DNA of 64,000 bases from an uncultured Bacilli bacterium. GTDB lineage: Bacteria; Bacillota_I; Bacilli_A; RF39; UBA660. The notes below the pieces were generated by a model. The model did no database searches and had not been told where the DNA came from. It saw only the letters and a list, made by a program, of their open reading frames with translations. A program made the translations under genes and the position numbers. The stretch lies in the NCBI GenBank assembly GCA_934101795.1, contig CAKORY010000003.1, forward strand, positions 41,873 through 105,872, written 5' to 3'. Below, piece after piece: positions 1-10,000 of this stretch (positions are counted from its first letter, which is position 1; each line of letters opens with the position of its first letter).

Positions 1-270
1 TGATATATATACCGGAGAATTAACTTTTTCTGAATCATCTAGTAATAAAATAACTTTAGACATATCAAAATTTACAGATAAATTTTGCATTACTGTTATG
101 TCTTCATAATCTTTTATAGCTGTTATGTCTATAATCATTTTATTAAAGTAAAAACTTTGAAATTGACTTACTAATTCTTCTACTGTAAATTCTCCATTTA
201 TACTTTTGATTACATCTATATTTAAGCTTGATAATAATGATTGATATTTATTTGATACTATTACATTCAT
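1..270 (-). CDS. hypothetical protein, N-terminal fragment (continues past left edge); distal visible gene of the Tad-like operon
   Basis: Own translation from ATG 270-268 gives MNVIVSNKYQSLLSSLNIDVIKSINGEFTVEELVSQFQSFYFNKMIIDITAIKDYEDITVMQNLSVNFDMSKVILLLDDSEKVNSPVYIS, open to base 1. AGGAG lies about 8 nt upstream. The start abuts the stop of 272..724. Not in the supplied ORF track. A receiver/CpaE-N-terminal-like fold is only a guess. Confidence 0.5.
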   Translation of the reverse strand, partial: MNVIVSNKYQSLLSSLNIDVIKSINGEFTVEELVSQFQSFYFNKMIIDITAIKDYEDITVMQNLSVNFDMSKVILLLDDSEKVNSPVYIS

Positions 271-271
271 A

Positions 272-724
272 TTAATACTCCTCTATTTGATCTTCTGCAC
301 CTATAAAAGTCTTTGTTGTTCCATCTATTTCATAGTTTGCTATACTACCTATAACAGGTAAATTAAATCTAAAAAAAACTTTTACATCATAATATACTAA
401 ATTATTTTTATAACTTTTTTTAAAGCAATATAAATATCTGTTATCACTTTTTGATAACTCAAATTCTCCATCTATATTTATTGCTCCCATCCAGTTTTCT
501 GGACATTTGCCAGTATTGGTATATCCTTTATTATATATGTAGTCATTTATTAGCTCAGCTGATGTTGGTGTTACACCTTCATATTTTTCAATAATATTAA
601 GCATACGATTCTTTATTGTATAAGCTTTATTATAACTTAAAACTAAAGTTAGAAAACAAGCAAATATTAGAATGAAGAAGATAATCATTTGAAATGTCCA
701 TGTTGATTCACTTACTGTTTTCAT
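272..724 (-). CDS. pseudopilin/TadE-like membrane-anchored secreted protein (paralogue of 738..1235)
   Basis: N-terminal hydrophobic helix (TWTFQMIIFFILIFACFLTLVL). Shares with its neighbour the motifs TGKC(P/D)E, a second Cys and the C-terminal VFF(R/Q)(F/L)(N/D)LPV. AAGGAGAG RBS. Sits in the operon. Confidence 0.5.
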   Translation of the reverse strand: MKTVSESTWTFQMIIFFILIFACFLTLVLSYNKAYTIKNRMLNIIEKYEGVTPTSAELINDYIYNKGYTNTGKCPENWMGAINIDGEFELSKSDNRYLYCFKKSYKNNLVYYDVKVFFRFNLPVIGSIANYEIDGTTKTFIGAEDQIEEY

Positions 725-737
725 TTAATTTCTCTCC

Positions 738-1235
738 TTATTTTTGGTATATAACTTTTGTTTCAGCTTTAGATTTAAAATTATAAACTTGTTTTACAAC
801 TGGTAAATCTAATTGGAAAAATACTACTATTTGATAATATTTACCTGGCATAAAATCACCTGTTGCAACCTTACCACTACCAAAAATATCCGATAGATAA
901 TTGTCTACACCATCTGTTGCATTTACTTCTTTTATGCATATTGATGCATCTTGATTAGATGAAACAGCAGCTCCAGTTCTATCAAAACCTTGATAATCTT
1001 CATCGCATTTTCCAGTTGTACGATATGATGTACTTTCTATTAAATTTATTATTTCTTCATCTAAATTTCCGTCTTCTAAGTAGTTTCCACCATTTGCTTC
1101 TAATATATTTACTATTTGGTCTTTAATTCCAAAGGCGTTGGAATTATTTATTGTTAAAGCCATTATTGCTGTAAATAATAGAATAAATAGTATTACTATT
1201 TGAAATATATAGGTTACACTCATCGATTCTTTCAT
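738..1235 (-). CDS. pseudopilin/TadE-like membrane-anchored secreted protein (paralogue of 272..724)
   Basis: N-terminal helix (TYIFQIVILFILLFTAIMALTI), TGKCDEDYQG, VVFFQLDLPVV. AGGAGG RBS. Confidence 0.5.
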   Translation of the reverse strand: MKESMSVTYIFQIVILFILLFTAIMALTINNSNAFGIKDQIVNILEANGGNYLEDGNLDEEIINLIESTSYRTTGKCDEDYQGFDRTGAAVSSNQDASICIKEVNATDGVDNYLSDIFGSGKVATGDFMPGKYYQIVVFFQLDLPVVKQVYNFKSKAETKVIYQK

Positions 1236-1244
1236 AATTTCCTC

Positions 1245-1505
1245 CTAACCTTTGAATGGGCAATAAAAAGTGTTTTCATCTCCAGATTTATTTCGACAAA
1301 GACAATTATTTTTTCTTCCCGTTTCATTTTCAATATTGTTTCTTACTTCTGTACTACAATCACATATAGCTTTACTACATTGTGAATTTTTTTGAAAATT
1401 TCCATTAATCATTGGCCATAAAAAGCCGAAAAAAAAGGCCGCCAAGATACCGATCGATATAGAAACTATTATCGTCATATTTAATTCTCCTGTAGCCTCT
1501 TTCAT
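1245..1505 (-). CDS. small cysteine-rich pilin-like precursor (86 aa)
   Basis: Leader MKEATGELNMT is identical to the neighbouring gene. It is followed by a hydrophobic helix (IIVSISIGILAAFFFGFLWP) and a C-terminal domain with 7 Cys. GAGGTG RBS. Confidence 0.55.
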   Translation of the reverse strand: MKEATGELNMTIIVSISIGILAAFFFGFLWPMINGNFQKNSQCSKAICDCSTEVRNNIENETGRKNNCLCRNKSGDENTFYCPFKG

Positions 1506-1526
1506 TTTTCACCTCTTATATTTGTC

Positions 1527-1772
1527 TTACTCTTCGTCGCCAAATTCTATTTGTGTTCCATCTGCACAAAAACAAGTTCTGTTATTAACGTCTACACCAC
1601 CACGACCTTGTTGCGTATCTAATTCTCCGCCTGGACATAGATTTAGACAAGTATTTCTTGAAAGTCCAGCTTGAATACCAGGCCAGATAAAGAAATAGAA
1701 GAAAGCCCCAACAGCAGCAATTGCAACTACAGTAACTACAGTCATATTTAATTCTCCAGTAGCTTCTTTCAT
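1527..1772 (-). CDS. small cysteine-rich pilin-like precursor (81 aa)
   Basis: Leader MKEATGELNMT, helix VVTVVAIAAVGAFFYFFIWP, C-terminal domain with 4 Cys. AGGAGG RBS. Confidence 0.55.
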   Translation of the reverse strand: MKEATGELNMTVVTVVAIAAVGAFFYFFIWPGIQAGLSRNTCLNLCPGGELDTQQGRGGVDVNNRTCFCADGTQIEFGDEE

Positions 1773-1852
1773 TTGTTATCCTCCTTTTAATATATTTTTA
1801 TTATAACTTAATTTCCTTAAAATATCAATTATATTTTAGATTTTTTGTAAAT

Positions 1853-2641
1853 TTATATGTCCATAAGTTGTATAACAGCTAAAACTAATAATATCATTAG
1901 ACCTACTCCAGTTGTTATAAGCATACTCATGGTTTTACCTTCCATTTTTTCTAATCTGTTTTTATATCTTGTTTCACGTGCTTTTTGTTGAAGTGAAGAT
2001 ATTGACCTTGAAAATGTTAGTATTTGTTCTTGTTTTCTTTCTTGACGACCTAAACTTAGACGATATAATAAACGCATCATACGCATTGAATCACGTACTG
2101 GATACTTTCTAGCAAATTCCATATATGGTTCGATCGTATCATCCCCAGAATTTATAGAATCAATCATTTCTTGTAATCCATCTTTAAATATTTCAGGTGA
2201 TTCAGCCATTGATTTACCAATAGCAACTGGTACAGTATAATGTTGAATTAATATTTCTAGGTTTTTTAAATAATGTGGTAACATCGAATCTATTTCAGAC
2301 ATATGTCTTTGATAATATTTTTTTATATCATTATAAGATGTTTTAAAGATAAACACTCCTAGAACAAATATTAATAATACTTTAACAGCATTTAAGTCTT
2401 TGATTAAAAAAGCAAATGCAATTGCCATAGTAATTAGAGCATTTTTTATTCTTTTATTAAAGAGAATATCTGGATTAACATTGTTTCCATACTTGGCTCT
2501 GACTAGAAAATCCCAATCTTTTTCTTTTAACTTCATAAAAAGCATTTGATTATCACTTATAAGCTGATTAATGCTTATTTGACCAGTTATAGTCATTATA
2601 CCAAATACGATTATAGCGACAATAATAACTTCTATTTGCAT
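1853..2641 (-). CDS. TadC-like type II secretion system F-family inner-membrane platform protein
   Basis: Membrane helices flank a cytoplasmic helical domain, the typical T2SSF layout. The ATG overlaps the upstream stop (TAATG). Confidence 0.6.
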   Translation of the reverse strand: MQIEVIIVAIIVFGIMTITGQISINQLISDNQMLFMKLKEKDWDFLVRAKYGNNVNPDILFNKRIKNALITMAIAFAFLIKDLNAVKVLLIFVLGVFIFKTSYNDIKKYYQRHMSEIDSMLPHYLKNLEILIQHYTVPVAIGKSMAESPEIFKDGLQEMIDSINSGDDTIEPYMEFARKYPVRDSMRMMRLLYRLSLGRQERKQEQILTFSRSISSLQQKARETRYKNRLEKMEGKTMSMLITTGVGLMILLVLAVIQLMDI

Positions 2642-3564
2642 TATTCTCCTCCTACATCTTCATTATAGTACTTTTCTCCACTTAACATAAAGAAAGCATT
2701 TATAATGACAATAGCATGTAATATAATTTGTACATACCATATATCTAGTAATTTAATATAATTGTCTTCACCTAACATGAATCTTAGAACTATAACAAGT
2801 AAATATAGAATTAATCCAAATCTTAAGAATCTGCCATGGAAATTATTTCTATCCATTTGGTCACGATATACACCTTCTACTAAGGCGTCGATATCAAGAG
2901 ACATATTTTCTAACGCTTGTCCTGAATCTCTAGCACCTTCTTTTGTTATTTGTAAGAATAATTGATGCATATTTTTTACCATGTAAAATGGATATTTGCT
3001 GTTAAAATAAGTTATTGATTCATCTATTGTACCATTTTGATAAGACATTTCAACCATTTTTTTTATGTCACCCACAACTGGTTCTTCAAGAATTCCTGAA
3101 TCTCTAACACCTTCAAGAGCTTTAACAAAACTTTGAGTTGTATTAAATTCCATTATAACGTTTGTTGTATATGTTTGTATTTGTTCAAATATATATTCAC
3201 TATATACTCTTTGTAATCTTAAATAAGCAAGATATGGTATAAATGCTATGGCTACAATTGCATATATTACAGCAATGATAATACTATAAAAGTAAAAGTA
3301 TCCTACTAAAGCTGCAATGCCACCAAGAATTATAACTTGTGTTAAATATTGTCTTGGAGTATATTCTTGTCCTAATTCAACTGCTTTTTCTCTTACCATT
3401 TTAAATGAGTATGGAGCGTATTTATCATACATATCAGTTGCTTTATTTGTTACATATTTATATACGTTTTCACCAGGATTTCGACGAGCTATTAAAACCA
3501 CTGTAGCAATTGCTAATAGTATTAACAATTCTGGTAAATAACTTGTTAAATTAACTGTAAACAT
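2641..3564 (-). CDS. TadB-like type II secretion system F-family inner-membrane platform protein
   Basis: Same architecture as above. Lies directly downstream of the CpaF-type ATPase. Confidence 0.6.
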   Translation of the reverse strand: MFTVNLTSYLPELLILLAIATVVLIARRNPGENVYKYVTNKATDMYDKYAPYSFKMVREKAVELGQEYTPRQYLTQVIILGGIAALVGYFYFYSIIIAVIYAIVAIAFIPYLAYLRLQRVYSEYIFEQIQTYTTNVIMEFNTTQSFVKALEGVRDSGILEEPVVGDIKKMVEMSYQNGTIDESITYFNSKYPFYMVKNMHQLFLQITKEGARDSGQALENMSLDIDALVEGVYRDQMDRNNFHGRFLRFGLILYLLVIVLRFMLGEDNYIKLLDIWYVQIILHAIVIINAFFMLSGEKYYNEDVGGE

Positions 3565-3582
3565 ATTAAACGCTCCTTTCTG

Positions 3583-4680
3583 TTATAAGCTTTCTATTTC
3601 AGCTTCTGAATTTGTGTCATTTTTTGATTTGACAAAATAATCTGGTTTTAATGTTACTCCTTGAACACCTAAATAGTCAATTAAATATTTACTTGGATTA
3701 TTAAAACTGAACTTGCCATCTAAGCTCTTTTTAAAGATTATATTGGCTTTGGCTTCATTATTTTCATCAACATAAAATTCTACGACTTCAATTATTTCAC
3801 GTTGGAATCTGCCTAATTCTTTACTCATGTAACCTTTAACATGAACACCAATTTGAACATATCTGTGAATTGACTTTAAGAATTGGTCAATATCTTGGCT
3901 ATTTTCTAGCAAACTGTATAAACGCATTGGTATATTTAAAGCTCTGTCTGAGTGTATTGTTGATATAATGTTGTGTCCAGATGATATTGAGTTACGTACC
4001 GCTGTAACTGCTTCTGCTGAACGAACTTCGGATAGTAAAATCCATCTTGGGTTTTGTCGCATACATGTTACTAGTACATCTGAGTAAGATGCAATATTAT
4101 TTGTTTTCATAGCAACAATATCACGATGTGGAAATATTTTATCTAAGTGAAGTTCCAAAGTATCTTCAATTGTTATTATTTTTTCATTTTCTTTTGTGTG
4201 TGAAGCTAAATATTTAACAAGTTCTGTTTTACCTGAACCAGTTTCCCCACTTACAATAATATTACAGTGTCCTTCAACACAAGTCATTAAAAAGTCATGT
4301 AAATCCTCTGTTACATATTTTTCATTTATCAGTTTATCTTTGTTTAGACGGATTTTGGCAGGCGTCTTTCTTATAACGCAACAAATACCATTTGTGGCTA
4401 TAGATTCATGAACAAAGTTTAAACGAAGTTCTGCAGATTCAGCATCCAAAAATGGATGGGCCATATTAAATGTTTTACCCATAACATTTGAACATTGAAA
4501 AGCTAGCTTTTCCATTAAAGCATTATTTATTTCTGGTCTTTCAACCCTATATATACCTTTATCAAGAGTTTTTAGCCAAACTTGACCACCATTTGAATAT
4601 GATACGTCAGTTATGTTATCTTCTTCTAAAAACTCTTTTAAAGGTCCAAAATCTATTTGTGAAAATACAGCATCATTCAC
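3583..4680 (-). CDS. cpaF: CpaF/TadA-family type II/IV secretion ATPase
   Basis: Walker A GETGSGKTE, Walker B-like ILLSEVR, His-box STIHS. GTG start with GAGGGTG RBS. Confidence 0.85.
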   Translation of the reverse strand: MNDAVFSQIDFGPLKEFLEEDNITDVSYSNGGQVWLKTLDKGIYRVERPEINNALMEKLAFQCSNVMGKTFNMAHPFLDAESAELRLNFVHESIATNGICCVIRKTPAKIRLNKDKLINEKYVTEDLHDFLMTCVEGHCNIIVSGETGSGKTELVKYLASHTKENEKIITIEDTLELHLDKIFPHRDIVAMKTNNIASYSDVLVTCMRQNPRWILLSEVRSAEAVTAVRNSISSGHNIISTIHSDRALNIPMRLYSLLENSQDIDQFLKSIHRYVQIGVHVKGYMSKELGRFQREIIEVVEFYVDENNEAKANIIFKKSLDGKFSFNNPSKYLIDYLGVQGVTLKPDYFVKSKNDTNSEAEIESL

Positions 4681-4696
4681 AAGTCTTCACCCTCTT

Positions 4697-5506
4697 TTAT
4701 TCATTATTTGTATTATTATCATTATTTGATTGATTTGTATCTGGTGTAACATTTCTAGCTTGGCTATCAATTAATGTTCTTAAAGCATCATTTGTTATTT
4801 CTGTAGTGGCATTTTTATCTGAATTCTTTTTGTTAATTGGAACTGGATATAAATCCATACCACTTAAATAACCTATTTTACTCAAATATGAGAACATTTC
4901 ATCTGTTACTGCAAATACAAGTACTGCTGGAGTTCTTCCGTTTGATACATCAAAAACATTTTGTCCTTTTGAATCTTTAACACTAAGAACTTCAATATTT
5001 GTTATAAATTCTTCGTATACATATTTGCCTTCATTTTTAGTTTTAAGCCATAAATCTATTTTATCACCAGGATATATTGAATTGGCATATGTTGTAGTAT
5101 TATCTACTTTTAGCCAGTAAAGTCTATATCCTTCTGGAACTGTTTCCAAATCTCTTTCAATTAGTTTATCTTTTGTTACAACTTGGCTTTTGTAAAACAT
5201 TGAACCACGAACCACTGATGTATTATTTGTTACATAATAACCAATAAGTTGTGAAGAACTGGTTACTACACTTGCTTTTTTTAATACATCAGAATTTACT
5301 TCAACATATTCAATATCTTCTTTTGTTATAATTGTTCCTGCAGTTAAATCTTTTACTGCAACTGGCACTTTTTGAGGTTTTACAGCTTTATCTAAAGTCA
5401 TGCTATAAGCAAACCATAGGGCTATAACACCAGCTATAACACCCAATATTGTAACTGTATTTCTATTAAGAAATAAATTTTTAATTTTTACTAGGATATT
5501 ATTCAT
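4697..5506 (-). CDS. CpaB/RcpC-like Flp pilus assembly protein (SAF domain), copy 2
   Basis: N-terminal TM helix, then a SAF-like region (VPVAVKDLTAGTIITKEDIEYVEV), then YPGDKIDLWL. Paralogue of 5506..6276. The start overlaps the upstream stop (TAATG). Confidence 0.65.
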   Translation of the reverse strand: MNNILVKIKNLFLNRNTVTILGVIAGVIALWFAYSMTLDKAVKPQKVPVAVKDLTAGTIITKEDIEYVEVNSDVLKKASVVTSSSQLIGYYVTNNTSVVRGSMFYKSQVVTKDKLIERDLETVPEGYRLYWLKVDNTTTYANSIYPGDKIDLWLKTKNEGKYVYEEFITNIEVLSVKDSKGQNVFDVSNGRTPAVLVFAVTDEMFSYLSKIGYLSGMDLYPVPINKKNSDKNATTEITNDALRTLIDSQARNVTPDTNQSNNDNNTNNE

Positions 5507-6276
5507 TATTTGGCCTCCATTCTAAGAGTTTGTCTATCTAGAATATCTATAAGTTCTTGACTTGTATATTCAGTTGACCCAACATCTGGATTTGCCAAAT
5601 TGTTTTTTGGAACTGGAATTATAGTCATTCCAGATATGCTTTCGGCAAGTTTTAAATAGCGGTATAAATCAGTCTTCACAGCAAATAGCAACCATGCTGG
5701 AGTTCTTCCGCTTGTAACATCAAATACATTTTGACCAGCATTATCACGAACTGCTAAGACTTCAATATTTGATATAAATTCACCAAAAACTAAAATACCA
5801 TTTTCAGTTGTTTTAAGCCATAAATCTATTTTATCACCAGGATATATTGAATTAGCATATGTTGTATTATTATCTACCTTTAATTGATAAATTGTATATC
5901 CTTCAGGTATTTCATCAAATATAGCATTTGGTAATTCTTTTTTTTCAACAACTTGAGCTGTATAGAACATGCCTCCCTTAGGGATAGATGTTCCAGTTGA
6001 TACATATTTACCAACTAAATTTGTTACTGACTGATAAACATCTCTTTTTTTTAAGAATCTTTTACTAACTTTAACATATTCTATATCATCTTTAGTTATT
6101 TCTTCAGTAGCACTTATAGCTCTTTTAGCAACAGGAATACGGGTAGGATTTACTTGTTTATTAACACGATATATGTAAAATCCCACTAAAACTCCTAGTC
6201 CTAGAACAATACCTACTAATGTAACTGTTGTTTTATTTGTTAAAAACTTTGTAAATACATTTTTCTTACCACCCAT
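5506..6276 (-). CDS. CpaB/RcpC-like Flp pilus assembly protein (SAF domain), copy 1
   Basis: N-terminal TM helix, IPVAKRAISATEEITKDDIEYVKV, YPGDKIDLWL. AGGAGG RBS. Confidence 0.65.
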   Translation of the reverse strand: MGGKKNVFTKFLTNKTTVTLVGIVLGLGVLVGFYIYRVNKQVNPTRIPVAKRAISATEEITKDDIEYVKVSKRFLKKRDVYQSVTNLVGKYVSTGTSIPKGGMFYTAQVVEKKELPNAIFDEIPEGYTIYQLKVDNNTTYANSIYPGDKIDLWLKTTENGILVFGEFISNIEVLAVRDNAGQNVFDVTSGRTPAWLLFAVKTDLYRYLKLAESISGMTIIPVPKNNLANPDVGSTEYTSQELIDILDRQTLRMEAK

Positions 6277-6293
6277 TTTTATTCCTCCTTATA

Positions 6294-6998
6294 TTATTGT
6301 CCATGTCTAATACTTAGCGGCAAACTGTCGTAAACAGAGTTGATTAGTGCATCACATTCACTCTTGTTAGTTTTTGTTGCATTACTATAATCAGTACAAG
6401 CAAATGCAGTAATATTTGCTCTAACTGTAATTTCATCATTACCAGAATTATTCGTACAATCATAGTAACCTAGTCTGCATCTGTTTTTTATTATAAAATC
6501 TTTAATGCCTTTTGCTGTTACAGCAGTTTGTGCAGTATCATTTTTTGTTTCATTGTTTTTGTTTTCTTTATTATCTGTATCACTTACATTTTCAAGTGCA
6601 TTACCTTCAAGTATTGCATCTATTCTTTCTACCATATCAAATGTGGTTGAATCACCTACAACATTGAATGTATTAGATTTACTTTTAATTTCTACACTGG
6701 CTTTTGGTGGGGCTTCATAAACTCCATAAAAGCTTACTGTGTAAGTTGTGTTTAATGCGGCATTTTCTGAAAAACGACGTATAAAACTTTCATAAAATTT
6801 TTCTTTATTTATTTTTACTTCACCATAGGTTCTATAATAAGAATAATCTACTGCATCAATCATAGATGCTTCAGTTATTTCTTTAATTAGATAGTAATCT
6901 TGTGTGCTACTTGTTGTAAGATTTTGAACAAGTAGCATTATTACTACGATTACTATACCTAATAGTATCAACCAGTATGCCCAGAATGCATTCTTCAT
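6294..6998 (-). CDS. membrane-anchored hypothetical protein of the pilus operon
   Basis: N-terminal helix FWAYWLILLGIVIVVIMLLV. The extracytoplasmic domain has 5 Cys near the C-terminus. Sits in the operon. Confidence 0.45.
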   Translation of the reverse strand: MKNAFWAYWLILLGIVIVVIMLLVQNLTTSSTQDYYLIKEITEASMIDAVDYSYYRTYGEVKINKEKFYESFIRRFSENAALNTTYTVSFYGVYEAPPKASVEIKSKSNTFNVVGDSTTFDMVERIDAILEGNALENVSDTDNKENKNNETKNDTAQTAVTAKGIKDFIIKNRCRLGYYDCTNNSGNDEITVRANITAFACTDYSNATKTNKSECDALINSVYDSLPLSIRHGQ

Positions 6999-7009
6999 TT
7001 AGTCACCCC

Positions 7010-10000
7010 TTATTTCCAAGCTGGTCCGCCGATTACGGATTCACTTGTTTTATCTATTCTATAATTTGACCATAATGTCCAATAACCACTATTTCCAGTG
7101 TCATTAGCACGTCTTGCTTCATCATTTACTCGGCTTGGAAGTACTGTAACATTATCGCTATTTTCAGTAACTAACTTATCAATTAGTTCGCTATAACAAT
7201 AAATATTTTTATAAGTTTCACCATCAATTGTAGCATCATAGCATGTTAATGAATTGTTTATATATCCACCTTTATCTTCATTATTTTTGTTATATGTTGT
7301 AATTTTATTTATTATTTCAGGTGTTAATTTAATACTAAATCCAAGTGTTGAGCCATCTGTTGTTTTAGCATCATATATCATTTCATTTATTTCTTCAATT
7401 TCACTTATGGTTGTTGATGCTTTTTTAGTTAATAATTGTAATGCTTCCATACTACTTGATGTAATCCAGTTATAACCATGTGTTCTATTTGCCGCATTTA
7501 CATCTGTTGTAGTAATTGTTTTAACGATTATATTTAAATCATCTAAGTTGAATATACAGTTTTCGCATGTTATCTTACATGAAGGACAATCTTTCCATTC
7601 ACATCCATCACCTTCACAAACAAATTCACAGTTAGGACAGTCTTTTGGTCTACATGTGTTTTCATAATAACATGCATATTCGCCATCAAATGCGTTTACT
7701 CCGACTGCTTTTGCTACACTCTTGTCTTCATTTGCACCATTGAAATCTATCAATCTTCCAGATGTATCTTTTTTATCATAGAATTCACCAAGATTTTCAA
7801 CTAATAGCTTAAATACTCCACCACCAACTGAACTTGTTGATATCGGCAATTTATTAACTAATGGTTCTAATTGAACTTTATCAATTGAATAATTATCGTA
7901 AGCAATTACTTTTCCGTTAGCAGCTATTTGATAGAAAGCTGTTGGTGTAATGTATTTTTGTTCTTTTGTTACTTCTTTTTTAACAAAAGCAGCATTTGAT
8001 ACGTAGGATTTTTTGTCAATTTCACACGAATCTATACTACATTTTACGTAATTCTTGTGTTCAAATACATCTCCATAAGTTGAATTGTAACTATAATCAC
8101 TTAATTTATTTTTATCTATTGATAAATCAAATGTTTTTTCATTATTTTTATTTAAACATTCATACTTATCATTTGTTGCACCAGTGCATACTGTAATTTT
8201 TGTATCAACTTTTTCATTACCATATTTTTCTAATTTTTGTAAGTCATCTTTACCAGTTAATAAATCAAAATATGGTGCATAGTTTGTATTATCTTTTCCA
8301 CGATTTTCATCATAATAATATCTTACTGCTTGTGCAAAAGCAAATTCGTTTGTCCATGCTGTTGTACATGCATTATAATCATTTATTATTTTTTCATATT
8401 TAGATATGGATTCTTTAAGAGCACTTTCTGCACTTCTAATTATTCCATTTATATTGGTAACCAAAGTTTGTCTTGATCCAGGTGTACACGTACCATTGTT
8501 ACATGCGCCGTTTCTACCTCCATCAGCACCATAACTATTTGTTAACGTTTTATTTCTGCTATATGTACAAATACCTGTAGTATTATTGCAATTTATGTTA
8601 TAGCCATAAACTCCAGATGCAGCTGTCATATCAACATTATAACCATCACAATCACCATATGATTCGCAAGTAGTATGACAGTGTTCATTACCATCCTTAT
8701 CAGTTGTACATGATTCTCCTTCTTCTTTGCTATCATATTTATTGGTTTCTGTGTCAATAAAATTCAATGATTGTTTCCATTTGTAATATTCATTATATTT
8801 TTCTACCATATTTTGTTGTGCTTGTATAACATCTATAATATATTGATCTTTATCTATACTGTTTTTACCATTTGTTGAGTTTTCTGTTGTATTTGGACTT
8901 CCTGCATAACAAGTTTTTGTACCATTTATTTTACTTGTTAATTTGAAATATCCACCACATTTTACATTTTTAACTATTGGGTTTAATTTAATTTCTGCAT
9001 AATCTTCTTTACAATAGATTTTACAATAAGCATTGTCAACTCCACCTACATCTGATGTAAATTGATATGTGTTTCCCGCATCATCTTGATTGTTTATTAT
9101 ACAGGTTTTAATTTTTGTTGGACCGTTGATTTTTGCAACAGCATCATCTTCTTCATAGCTACATACTGGTAATTCCAATTCTGTATTACAAGAAGCTGAA
9201 CATTTTATCGTTCCAGTTATTTCACTTTTTAAATTTCCATCATTTTTTTGAATAATAAAGAATCTTTGTTTACTTGTATCACTAGTTTTCAATAACGCCC
9301 CGATATATTTTAAACTTGGGTCATCGTATCTATATGATATTTTATAATTTACTGATTTACAATTTTCATCATCTTTTATTCTAGTAACTTTAAATCTTAG
9401 TTCTATTTTCCCACTTTTTGTTTTGCCATCGGCATTAAATGCTGTTAAAACGTTAATATTTGCAACATCTTGCCAATCATTTATTTGTGGGTTAAAGAAT
9501 TCAAGATTTCCTAAAGTTATATTATTTTTTGCACAGTCTTGACATGTTAATGTAAAATTATCTATTTTTCCATTTTGTGCATCAAATTTAGCAAAATCTA
9601 TTGTTTGATGATAATATTCTTCAATAATATTATCAGTTGTTGTTTTATCTGTTGTTGAAGAATTGGCAGTTGCTGTAACTGTAGCAGTTGTTACATCACC
9701 AGTTATTACTTCATATGCTCTGTCAAATCCTTTCATAAATAAATTTTGAGCTGCATACATTACTAAATAACCTTCAGAACTACTGCTGCTTATTTTGAAA
9801 TTATAACTATTTTTATACCAATTATTCTTTAAAAATCCTTTTATAAAAGTTTTTTCATAACATTTTCTGAAATTCTCAACAGAGCCCGTACATTTAGTAT
9901 CTGTTATTTTATTTATTTTATCTATATTATAAGATGCCCATTCAATTCCACTGGTTATATGAGCTGATGCAATACCTTTATATTTTTCGACTAAATGTGG

